From an uncultured virus (IMG/VR IMGVR_UViG_3300044266_000359) (lineage: Duplodnaviria > Heunggongvirae > Uroviricota > Caudoviricetes): DNA of 64,000 nucleotides. Below the pieces are notes generated by a model that saw only the letters and a list, made by a program, of their open reading frames with translations, was not told where the DNA came from and ran no database searches. The stretch lies in the IMG/VR virus record IMGVR_UViG_3300044266_000359, one strand, 5' to 3'. Positions 56,138 through 64,000 of this stretch are shown one piece after another. Each line of letters starts with the position of its first letter. The first letter of the stretch is position 1. The position numbers and the translations under genes were made by a program.

Positions 56138-58021
56138 AGCAAAGTAATCGGTATCGATCTGGGTACCACAAATTCATGCGTAGCCGTGGTTGAAAACGGC
56201 AATTCCCGAGTAATTGAAAACAGCGAAGGTGCTAGAACAACTCCTAGTGTTGTTGCTTACACCAGCGACGATGTGCTGGTCGGTGCAAGCGCCAAGCGTC
56301 AAGCAATTACCAATCCCAAAAACACCATTTACGCAGCCAAGCGATTGATCGGACGCAAGTTCCGCGAAGATGCAGTGCAGAAGGACATCAACTTGATGCC
56401 GTATAGCATTGTGGAAAATGACAATGGTGATGCTTGGGTTCAAGCTGGCGATCGCCGACTGGCACCTCCACAAATCTCTGCAGAAGTTCTGCGTAAAATG
56501 AAAAAGACAGCAGAAGACTATCTTGGCACAGAAGTCACACAAGCTGTTATCACTGTCCCTGCTTACTTCAACGACAGCCAACGTCAAGCTACCAAAGATG
56601 CTGGACGTATCGCTGGACTAGAAGTATTGCGTATTATCAACGAGCCAACTGCGGCTGCACTAGCATACGGCGTTGACAAAGCCGATAAAAAGGATCGCAA
56701 GATTGCTGTGTACGACTTGGGCGGCGGCACGTTTGACGTAAGCATCATTGAAATCGCCAACATTGACAATGAAAAGCAAATCGAAGTATTGAGCACCAAC
56801 GGAGACACCTTCCTGGGCGGTGAAGACTTTGACCAGCGCATCATGGACTTCTTGGTCGACGAATTCAAGCGGGATACTGCTGTGGACTTGACCCGAGACG
56901 TACTGGCCTTGCAACGCTTGAAAGAAGCTGCTGAAAAAGCCAAGATTGAACTGTCAAGCAGCACTGCTACAGACGTCAACTTGCCTTATGTCACTGCTGA
57001 TGCTAGTGGTCCCAAGCACATGAACATCAAGCTCACTCGTGCCAAACTAGAGAGTTTGGTGGACGAGTTGATCCAACGCAGTATTGAACCTTGCCGCATT
57101 GCAATGAAAGATGCCGGTGTCACTGCTGATGAAATTGATGAAGTTATTCTTGTTGGTGGCCAAACTCGCATGCCCCGAGTACAAGAAGCTGTGGAAAAAC
57201 TGTTTGGCAAAGCACCGCGCCGGGATGTTAACCCTGACGAAGCAGTGGCTGCAGGCGCTGCTATTCAAGGAAGTGTGTTGGCCGGTGACCGCAAAGACGT
57301 GTTGCTGTTGGATGTTACACCGTTGAGCTTGGGCATTGAAACCATGGGTGGTGTGTTTACTAAAATCATCCAAAAGAACACAACCATTCCTACCAAGGGC
57401 ACACAAACATTCAGTACTGCTGAAGACAATCAGCCTGCTGTGACCATCAAGGTTGGACAAGGTGAGCGTGAGCTGTTCAAGTACAACAAAGAACTTGGTT
57501 TGTTTAATCTAGACGGTATTGCTCCTGCACCACGTGGCATGCCGCAAATTGAAGTTACCTTTGACATTGACGCCAATGGCATTATGCATATTTCGGCCAA
57601 AGACAAAGGCACCGGCAAAGAAAACAAAATCACTATCAAGAGTGACTCAGGCTTGAAAGAGGATGAAATTCAACGCATGGTTCGTGAAGCTGAAGACAAT
57701 GCCGAAGCTGACAAGAAACAAGTTGAATTGATTCAAGCTCGCAACACCGCAGAAGGTACGTTGCATGGGTTCCGCAAGGACTTTGATGCCTACAAGGATC
57801 AGGTCACAGAAGAAGAACGCAACCGAGCTGAACAAGCACTTCAAGATCTTGACACTGCTATTGGCGGTGATGACGTTGAGGAAATCAACGCAAAAACAAC
57901 AGAATTGTACCAAGCTATCGGTCCTATCACCGGTAAAAAGTACGAAGCCGAGCAAAAGGCCAAAGCGGAATCCGAGAAAAAGGATGATGATGTGGTCGAT
58001 GCCGAAGTCAAGGCTGCTTGA
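56135..58021 (+). CDS. dnaK: Chaperone DnaK (Hsp70)
   Basis: [39 protein letters not shown]. Confidence 0.98.
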   Translation: MSKVIGIDLGTTNSCVAVVENGNSRVIENSEGARTTPSVVAYTSDDVLVGASAKRQAITNPKNTIYAAKRLIGRKFREDAVQKDINLMPYSIVENDNGDAWVQAGDRRLAPPQISAEVLRKMKKTAEDYLGTEVTQAVITVPAYFNDSQRQATKDAGRIAGLEVLRIINEPTAAALAYGVDKADKKDRKIAVYDLGGGTFDVSIIEIANIDNEKQIEVLSTNGDTFLGGEDFDQRIMDFLVDEFKRDTAVDLTRDVLALQRLKEAAEKAKIELSSSTATDVNLPYVTADASGPKHMNIKLTRAKLESLVDELIQRSIEPCRIAMKDAGVTADEIDEVILVGGQTRMPRVQEAVEKLFGKAPRRDVNPDEAVAAGAAIQGSVLAGDRKDVLLLDVTPLSLGIETMGGVFTKIIQKNTTIPTKGTQTFSTAEDNQPAVTIKVGQGERELFKYNKELGLFNLDGIAPAPRGMPQIEVTFDIDANGIMHISAKDKGTGKENKITIKSDSGLKEDEIQRMVREAEDNAEADKKQVELIQARNTAEGTLHGFRKDFDAYKDQVTEEERNRAEQALQDLDTAIGGDDVEEINAKTTELYQAIGPITGKKYEAEQKAKAESEKKDDDVVDAEVKAA

Positions 58022-58036
58022 TTTCGATAAGTAAAA

Positions 58037-58101
58037 ATACAGGTGCCGATGGTCGGGCCCGTATAACAAAGTCAACTTGCTTTATAAGGAGAAATGACAT
58101 G
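58037..58101 (+). promoter_or_regulatory. Structured small-HSP leader, ROSE-like RNA thermometer candidate
   Basis: Same 14-mer hairpin core and CTTGCT...AAGGAG. Confidence 0.65.
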
Positions 58102-58542
58102 ACTAAGACTTTAACACTACGCACATTCGATATCCCACAAATGCACAAGTTTGGGATTGGATTCGACAACATGTTTGATGAACTCATGCGTGTTACATCA
58201 CAACAACAAACCAATTATCCTCCACACAATGTGATCAAAACAGGTGAAAACACCTTGATCATTGAAGTGGCTGTGGCTGGCTTTGCCGAAGGCGAAATTG
58301 ACATTCAGGTGGAGAAAAACTTGTTGACAATTCGTGGCGAGCAGGCACGTGAAACAGATGCCAGTTGGGAATTTTTGCATCGCGGAATTTCCAGCCGTGA
58401 TTTTAGCCAAGCTTTTACTTTGGCCGATCACGTGGAAGTAAAAAGCGCCAGCATTACCAACGGCATTTTGAGTGTGTTTTTGGAACGCAAGATTCCAGAA
58501 GAAGCCAAGCCAAAGAGTATTGCTATTACCTACAATAAGTAA
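58099..58542 (+). CDS. Small heat-shock protein (IbpA/Hsp20)
   Basis: IGFD, NYPPHN, AVAGF, HRGIS.R.F, NGIL, PEEAKP. Confidence 0.94.
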   Translation: MTKTLTLRTFDIPQMHKFGIGFDNMFDELMRVTSQQQTNYPPHNVIKTGENTLIIEVAVAGFAEGEIDIQVEKNLLTIRGEQARETDASWEFLHRGISSRDFSQAFTLADHVEVKSASITNGILSVFLERKIPEEAKPKSIAITYNK

Positions 58543-58556
58543 TATAATGTAAATAC

Positions 58557-58580
58557 AGCAGTGGGAATGGTCCCACTGCT
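58557..58580 (+). other. Perfect 10-bp hairpin right after TAAATA, upstream of clpS
   Basis: AGCAGTGGGA-ATGG-TCCCACTGCT. Confidence 0.7.
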
Positions 58581-58597
58581 ACAACAAGGATAATAAA

Positions 58598-58912
58598 ATG
58601 GCACAGTCAGATACACGTACCAAAATCAAGCCTAACGAAGCTGTCAAAGAGCCACCGATGTTCAAGGTAGTTTATATCAATGACAATCAGACCAGCATGG
58701 AATTTGTGATTTCCAGCTTGGTTGATTATTTTGATTACCGCATTGAAACTGCTGAACAAATCACCATTGACATTCACGAAACCGGCTCTGCTGTGGTAGC
58801 TGTGTTGCCTTATGAAATTGCCGAGCAAAAAGGCATCGAAGTTACTCTCAATGCACGAGCACAAAGCTATCCGCTACAAATCAAACTTGAACCCGATGGC
58901 GTGGGTCAATAA
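58598..58912 (+). CDS. clpS: Clp adaptor ClpS
   Basis: PPMFKVVYIND..T.MEFV, IHETG.AVV, YEIAEQK, YPL. Confidence 0.9.
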   Translation: MAQSDTRTKIKPNEAVKEPPMFKVVYINDNQTSMEFVISSLVDYFDYRIETAEQITIDIHETGSAVVAVLPYEIAEQKGIEVTLNARAQSYPLQIKLEPDGVGQ

Positions 58913-59697
58913 TCAATTGTAATGCGCTTGGGGTGATACACCCAAGTTGACCACGGCGAACCACTGCGACCACGACAGTTATTCACATAACGAATATTGT
59001 CGTGCGTCTGGTCTACGCTGCCATGGTAGTGACCAAAGCACCAGGTGTGTATTTTCTTTTCAGAATCTGCTGCCAATACATGTTGCATATAACGATTGCC
59101 CATGGTATTGAATTTCAACGATCCCACTAGATTGACGTCGTGGTTGATCAGCACAGGGTTGGGCACAGTGTGAGTGGCAACCACAATCTTTTTAACGTCA
59201 ATATGTGTTTGCAAGCGTTTGATTGAACCGATCATGTAGCTGGCATCGTTTGTACTCATCTTACGTATGTTTTCTATTTCGTTTAGGCCATAGAATTCTT
59301 TTTCTGCGTACCATTGGGCAGATTGATCGGGGTCTGTAACACCATCAAAGTCAAACCCCCACCAGCCGTTGGTTCCAATAATGGCCACACCGTCTACCAC
59401 TACCACATTGTCTTGTAGATAAACAACATTGTGTACCGCAGTAACACGATCCACCAAGTCACGATAGCTGTGTCCTAGATCTTGCATGTGGTTGGAGTGT
59501 TCGTCGTTGCCGTCGATATAAAACACAGCTTGATAGCATTTGCCCAAGTGTGTGAGTGCTTCGATCAGCCGGTCTCGGTCCTTGGCAACGTCTCCTACTA
59601 CCAAACAGTGGGCGCTGGTGCTGCGGTCAGTCCAGTCAAACGTTTCTTGCCAAGTATCTATGTGTAAATCAGAAATTAAATCAAAAGTAAATTGCAT
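58906..59697 (-). CDS. Calcineurin-like metallophosphoesterase
   Basis: SDLH, GD, GNDEH, THTVP, FGHYH. Confidence 0.85.
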   Translation of the reverse strand: MQFTFDLISDLHIDTWQETFDWTDRSTSAHCLVVGDVAKDRDRLIEALTHLGKCYQAVFYIDGNDEHSNHMQDLGHSYRDLVDRVTAVHNVVYLQDNVVVVDGVAIIGTNGWWGFDFDGVTDPDQSAQWYAEKEFYGLNEIENIRKMSTNDASYMIGSIKRLQTHIDVKKIVVATHTVPNPVLINHDVNLVGSLKFNTMGNRYMQHVLAADSEKKIHTWCFGHYHGSVDQTHDNIRYVNNCRGRSGSPWSTWVYHPKRITIDY

Positions 59698-59723
59698 CAT
59701 ACATATTTAGAAGGATTTTTATC

Positions 59724-60089
59724 ATGCATATAATTTTTGGCGATGCCATAAAACACATACCCAATAGTTATACAGTATTGGAGTTAGATACCATACGTAT
59801 AGAACCTGACAACCAAGAATTCAAGACCTACTGTGTGATTGAAAAAATTCCTTTGGCTGAGTTTCCTGTTGCAGAAATAAATCAAAAAGTTCATGCAGAT
59901 TTGATACAACACTACAAGCAGCAGGACTGGCAATTTTGCGAAGATGCAATCTCTGTACTGTACGGAAAATGGGACGGAGAAATAGATAGTTTTTATGACG
60001 ACTTGAGCCGACGAATCAACGAGTATAAAAACGTCAAGTTAGAACCCAGCTGGGATGGCACACTGGTGCGTTCTATAAATACTCAATGA
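59724..60089 (+). CDS. Hypothetical protein resembling the C-terminal tail of class III adenylate cyclases
   Basis: ELDTIRI, Y.QQDW, FY..L..RI, WDG pattern. Confidence 0.5.
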   Translation: MHIIFGDAIKHIPNSYTVLELDTIRIEPDNQEFKTYCVIEKIPLAEFPVAEINQKVHADLIQHYKQQDWQFCEDAISVLYGKWDGEIDSFYDDLSRRINEYKNVKLEPSWDGTLVRSINTQ

Positions 60090-60796
60090 CAGAATTAATT
60101 GCAACCCTAGTAATGACGCACATTACCATTGCTTGTGTTACCTTGTATTTGCATCGTAGCCAAGCTCATCGCAGCGTGACCTTTCACCCAGCGATAGCAC
60201 ATTTCATGCGTTTTTGGTTGTGGCTCACAACAGGCATGGTTACCAAACAGTGGGTGGCCATACATCGCAAACACCATAGATACAGTGATCGATCAGGCGA
60301 CCCGCACAGTCCATTGGTGTATGGTATCCGCAGAGTTTTCTTTCAAGGAGCAGGTTTATATCATGAAGCAAGCAAAGATCGTGTTATGGTTGACGCATAC
60401 GGTGCTGGTACTCCTGCTGATTGGATGGAGCGCAACGTATACAGTGCTCACTCCAGACTTGGCATTGGCCTTCTCTTTTTGTTCAACGTTGCCGTTTTCG
60501 GTTGGGTCGGCGCCTTAATATGGTTGGTACAAATGGCGTGGATTCCGTTTTGGGCAGCGGGAGTGATTAACGGCCTAGCACATTGGTGGGGATATAGAAA
60601 TGGTGAAACTAGAGACAACAGTAGAAATATTAGTCCCATTGGTATTATCATCGGTGGTGAATGCTTACATAATAATCACCATCTTGACCCTGCTAGTGCC
60701 AAACTGAGCCGACGTTGGTTTGAGTTTGATATTGGTTGGATGTATATTGTTATTTTGCGTTCAGCGGGGTTGGCAAAGGTTACCCAGGCAAAGTAA
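60086..60796 (+). CDS. Acyl-CoA (delta-9-type) fatty acid desaturase
   Basis: His boxes HRSQAH, HRKHH, HNNHH; GDPHSP; WFEFDIGW. Confidence 0.92.
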   Translation: MTELIATLVMTHITIACVTLYLHRSQAHRSVTFHPAIAHFMRFWLWLTTGMVTKQWVAIHRKHHRYSDRSGDPHSPLVYGIRRVFFQGAGLYHEASKDRVMVDAYGAGTPADWMERNVYSAHSRLGIGLLFLFNVAVFGWVGALIWLVQMAWIPFWAAGVINGLAHWWGYRNGETRDNSRNISPIGIIIGGECLHNNHHLDPASAKLSRRWFEFDIGWMYIVILRSAGLAKVTQAK

Positions 60797-60976
60797 CTTG
60801 AACTGTTCCATTTGATCCTGCGCTTCTACCACAGCACCCATCCAGAACCATTGATCCAGCATGGATTCCACAAACAGGTCCATGTACCAGTTAAACAATG
60901 GGCTGTTGAGCCAGGGCTCTGATTGTTGGACCAGCAGGCGGTTCCACGCCTGCCCTAGTTGATAAAACTCATACAT
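60761..60976 (-). CDS. Hypothetical protein
   Basis: TGATG coupling with a 28-aa upstream minus-strand ORF. Confidence 0.5.
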   Translation of the reverse strand: MYEFYQLGQAWNRLLVQQSEPWLNSPLFNWYMDLFVESMLDQWFWMGAVVEAQDQMEQFKLLCLGNLCQPR

Positions 60977-61062
60977 CAGCTTGATTTAGTAGGGGTAATA
61001 GGTGCGGGCTTGTTGCCATTGAATGGCGGGTTTTTGGGTGGATTATGTTTGAACCAACTCAT
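60976..61062 (-). CDS. 28-aa Pro-rich microprotein MSWFKHNPPKNPP... (not in ORF track)
   Basis: Manual translation; upstream minus-strand TAAATA; stop overlaps the next ATG. Confidence 0.4.
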   Translation of the reverse strand: MSWFKHNPPKNPPFNGNKPAPITPTKSS

Positions 61063-61145
61063 GCTGGTATTTATATGTGACGTTGTGATTTTTTCAGGCC
61101 AGTGTAAAATAGCGATAAATTATTCTATTACATTAAGGAACATTC

Positions 61146-62387
61146 ATGAAAAAAATCGGGTTTATTGGGATTGGCAAGCTAGGCTTAGACTGTGCTGAAG
61201 TAATGGCTGAAAAGCATGAAGTTCGCGGATATGACATCTATCCACGAACCAGTGATTCAGTAAAAGTCTGTGACATCAGCGAGCTGGTCAATGAAAGCGA
61301 GTGGATTTTTATCGCAGTCCCAACACCACATGCCGAAGGCTATGATGGAAGTGTGCCAAGCTCGCACATGGAACCACGTGACTTCGGACACGACGCTGTG
61401 ATTGACGCAATCAAGAACGTAAACAAGTATGCTACATCTCCTAAAAAGGTTGTGCTGATTTCTACAGTGCTACCGGGCACAACACGCAAGCACTTTTATC
61501 CTTTGCTGGACAAGCAACATCAGTTCTTGTACAATCCCTACTTGATTGCCATGGGATCAGTAAAATGGGACATGGCCAATCCTGAAATGGTCATGATTGG
61601 TACAGAAGATGGCAACCCCAATGCTCTGGCCGGTGAGTTGATTGATTTGTACAAAACCATGATGCAAAACAATCCACGCTATGAAATTGGTACCTGGGAC
61701 GAGTGCGAAGCAATCAAGATTTTCTACAATACCTTTATTTCAGCCAAGGTTGGTCTGGTCAACATGATTCAAGACTTTGCCATGCGTATTGGACACATCA
61801 ACGTTGACGTTGTGACCAATGCTCTAGCTCGAAGCACCATGCGTATCATGGGACCCAAGTACATGACCGCAGGCATGGGCGATGCAGGCGCTTGCCACCC
61901 ACGTGACAACATTGCTCTGCGTTGGTTGGCCAAAGAGTACAATTTGGGCTATGACTTGTTTGACACAGTGATGCATGCCAGAGAAATCCAAGCCAAAAAC
62001 TTGGCCATGTTCTTGGTGGACTTGAGTGTGATGAACGACAACTTGCCCATTGCCATTCACGGCAAAGCATACAAGCCCGACGTTCCCTACTGCATTGGTA
62101 GCTACAGCACCTTGGTTGGACACTATGTTGAACAAGAAGGTAAATCGGTTGTGTACGTCGATCCCTTGGCCGATGATCCAACCAACGTGGTTGAAAAGGT
62201 TGGTGGACCTGCAATCTTTTTATGGGCACATGATCGCAAGATCACTTACGAATACACTGGTGACCAACCCGAAACTCAACCTTATTGTGAAATCCTCCCA
62301 GGATCCATTATTGTTGACCCTTGGCGCAAGCTGAAATCGGGCAACGGCATTGAAGTTATTCATTACGGTAACACCCGTCAACAATAA
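61146..62387 (+). CDS. UDP-glucose/GDP-mannose dehydrogenase family
   Basis: GIGKLG, IAVPTP, STVLPGT, K..YN.F, GACHPRD, AYKP, DP. Confidence 0.9.
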   Translation: MKKIGFIGIGKLGLDCAEVMAEKHEVRGYDIYPRTSDSVKVCDISELVNESEWIFIAVPTPHAEGYDGSVPSSHMEPRDFGHDAVIDAIKNVNKYATSPKKVVLISTVLPGTTRKHFYPLLDKQHQFLYNPYLIAMGSVKWDMANPEMVMIGTEDGNPNALAGELIDLYKTMMQNNPRYEIGTWDECEAIKIFYNTFISAKVGLVNMIQDFAMRIGHINVDVVTNALARSTMRIMGPKYMTAGMGDAGACHPRDNIALRWLAKEYNLGYDLFDTVMHAREIQAKNLAMFLVDLSVMNDNLPIAIHGKAYKPDVPYCIGSYSTLVGHYVEQEGKSVVYVDPLADDPTNVVEKVGGPAIFLWAHDRKITYEYTGDQPETQPYCEILPGSIIVDPWRKLKSGNGIEVIHYGNTRQQ

Positions 62388-62388
62388 C

Positions 62389-62417
62389 TTGACAAATAAA
62401 CCCAATACGTGTATAAT
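62389..62417 (+). promoter_or_regulatory. Consensus sigma70 promoter, ATG 6 nt after the -10
   Basis: TTGACA-N17-TATAAT. Confidence 0.85.
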
Positions 62418-62423
62418 TACACT

Positions 62424-63443
62424 ATGACTACACGTATTGGCTTTTGCTGCAAATGGCTCGATGACCCTGCTGAAACTGCAGGCCGTAAACCCACGTCTGA
62501 GAGCCGTGACCTAAATGGACGTTCCACTACCATGCGTTGGCTCCGTGAACATGCGGACGAAGCCGAACAACGCCAGTGGGACATTATGAACCACAATGCC
62601 CGTGCGGCTCTGCTTATGGTAGAACGTGTGGGCACACTGCCTCCTGAACGCAGAATGGTGCGTCTGGGTAGCGAAATGCTACAAGGCTACACAGAACCTT
62701 CATGGATAGATTGGTGGCAACGACGTGAAATACAAGATCACTGTGAACGAATCTTTGCGCCGGTTGGAGACGCTGCTCGGCGTCTTGGTGTACGGCTATC
62801 CTTCCATCCAGGGCAATTTTGTGTACTGGCAAGCGAGTCGGATGAAATCGTGGAGAGATCCATACTCGAGTTTGAGTATCATACAGACATGGCGCGGTGG
62901 ATGGGATTTGGCCATGACTTTCATGATTCGGGATTCAAGATCAACGTACACTTATCGGGCAAAGGCGGTCCTGCTAAGTTTTTGCAGACGCTGAAACGTC
63001 TGTCACCTGAGGCTAGAAACCTTATCACTATCGAAAACGACGAGATGTCAAATGGGCTTGATACTACTTTACTTGTGGCTGAGCATTGTGCTCTTGTGCT
63101 GGATATTCATCACCACTGGGTCAAAACAGGCGAATATATCGACCCCGCGGACGCTCGTGTTCAGCGGGTTCGTGAGTCTTGGCGTGGTGAGCGTCCTGTA
63201 CTCCATTTTTCTACTAGCCGCGAAGATATTTTGGTTGACCATGATCCAAACGTTCGACCAGACCTTGCTGCTCTTATTGCTGGAGGTCATAAAAAACAGC
63301 AACTCCGGGCACACAGTGACTTCTATTGGAACCATGCTGTGAACGACTGGGCCTTGAGCTTTGCTGATCGCTTTGACATACAATGCGAGGCCAAGGGCAA
63401 GAACCTAGCAAGTGAACAGATCTATGAACGACTTATTGGTTAA
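62424..63443 (+). CDS. uvsE: UV-damage endonuclease UvsE/UvdE
   Basis: RIGFCC, RLSFHPGQF, INVH, IENDE, LDIHHH, AHSD, EAK.K. Confidence 0.92.
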   Translation: MTTRIGFCCKWLDDPAETAGRKPTSESRDLNGRSTTMRWLREHADEAEQRQWDIMNHNARAALLMVERVGTLPPERRMVRLGSEMLQGYTEPSWIDWWQRREIQDHCERIFAPVGDAARRLGVRLSFHPGQFCVLASESDEIVERSILEFEYHTDMARWMGFGHDFHDSGFKINVHLSGKGGPAKFLQTLKRLSPEARNLITIENDEMSNGLDTTLLVAEHCALVLDIHHHWVKTGEYIDPADARVQRVRESWRGERPVLHFSTSREDILVDHDPNVRPDLAALIAGGHKKQQLRAHSDFYWNHAVNDWALSFADRFDIQCEAKGKNLASEQIYERLIG

Positions 63444-63711
63444 TACCTTTAGTTGGATACGAGATGATTTCCGGTCTTATCCTACTAGGTTTGTTGTTGA
63501 GTTGCTTGCTTGGGCTATTAGCATTGGGTGCAGTATTACTATGGCTCTTACTGTCCCCAACCCACCCTTACTCACCTTATATCCTATTTGGATCTCTGGT
63601 TGCGCCATGTATGCTTGGGCTGCTTATACTAGGAAATCATTTGGCATGCTGGTTAACTACCTGCTTCTTGTGACCATTGATTCAGTTGGCCTATTTAGGA
63701 TGCTTATGTAA
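63424..63711 (+). CDS. Small three-TM membrane protein
   Basis: Hydrophobic segments. Confidence 0.65.
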   Translation: MNDLLVNTFSWIRDDFRSYPTRFVVELLAWAISIGCSITMALTVPNPPLLTLYPIWISGCAMYAWAAYTRKSFGMLVNYLLLVTIDSVGLFRMLM

Positions 63712-63783
63712 GCAGATATTTCTTTCGTTTAGTTACCATAAGTAATAGGTACTCAAGTACGCTATACTCTAAGGTGAACAATA

Positions 63784-64000
63784 ATGATAAGAACTATCAC
63801 TGCGGGGTTACTTGCCGTTTCAATGGCCGGAGCCGTTTCCGCACAAACTCTAATTAATCAAAGCTCTATATCCAGTGGATATGGATCTGCTAGCTTAATA
63901 GATACCAACAGTACTTCTAACTCAGTTAGTACTGTTAATACCACAAATACCAGCACAGCTACGACTAACAGCACCGCTACCAGTACTGTTACGTCCACCA
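63784..64000 (+). CDS. Exported Ser/Thr-rich protein (partial, runs off the window)
   Basis: Signal peptide MIRTITAGLLAVSMAGAVSA; open frame to the window end; AAGGTG RBS. Confidence 0.65.
   Translation, partial: MIRTITAGLLAVSMAGAVSAQTLINQSSISSGYGSASLIDTNSTSNSVSTVNTTNTSTATTNSTATSTVTST

Noticed and set aside
54391..63443. Bacterial chromosome or prophage boundary at the clpX-dnaK region
   Set aside because: Gene order is non-bacterial (no clpP, dnaJ, grpE, clpA), and phage TAAATA motifs and coupled hypothetical genes are interspersed
1..64000. Numerous antisense or alternate-frame ORFs in the track (e.g. 8265-8936 -, 53299-53874 -, 42234-42749 +, 21387-21602 +)
   Set aside because: They overlap well-supported genes, lack motifs and RBS, and are expected shadows of biased codon usage
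1..64000. Alternative genetic code (TAG stops are rare)
   Set aside because: All recognisable genes are intact under code 11, and TAG does terminate at least two genes (16932 -, 40931 +)

Overview
The window is a 64-kb segment of a large dsDNA tailed phage with T4-like (myovirus) core genes. It is almost fully coding on the + strand and reads intact in code 11. Recognisable modules are: (1) head-cargo-like genes and the terminase large subunit; (2) T4-type recombination/replication genes (gp32, UvsX, UvsY, UvsW, gp61-like primase, gp41-like helicase, ATP-dependent ligase, NrdA/NrdB/glutaredoxin, dCMP deaminase); (3) a seven-gene glycan-synthesis island; (4) tail/baseplate genes including PAAR; (5) host-like genes: isocitrate lyase inside the nrd operon, ClpX, bS21, DnaK, small HSP, ClpS, acyl-CoA desaturase, nucleotide-sugar dehydrogenase and UvsE. 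The DnaK sequence suggests a betaproteobacterial-type host (inference). The most unusual observations are: an in-frame array of unrelated 50-76 aa modules delimited by a conserved (G/E)-(V/M)-A-E DNA/protein repeat in an 888-aa protein, possibly a protease-processed, shufflable cargo polyprotein; a PolX/Pol-beta-like plus ligase-like fusion with head-protease-type sites; a 192-aa internally condensed DnaE that keeps all catalytic motifs; a ~158-nt promoter-driven structured RNA; matching ROSE-like leaders on dnaK and the small HSP; repeated early promoter/RBS cassettes; and systematic leaderless starts after both sigma70 and TAAATA late promoters. All assignments come from motif recognition by eye; no searches were run.
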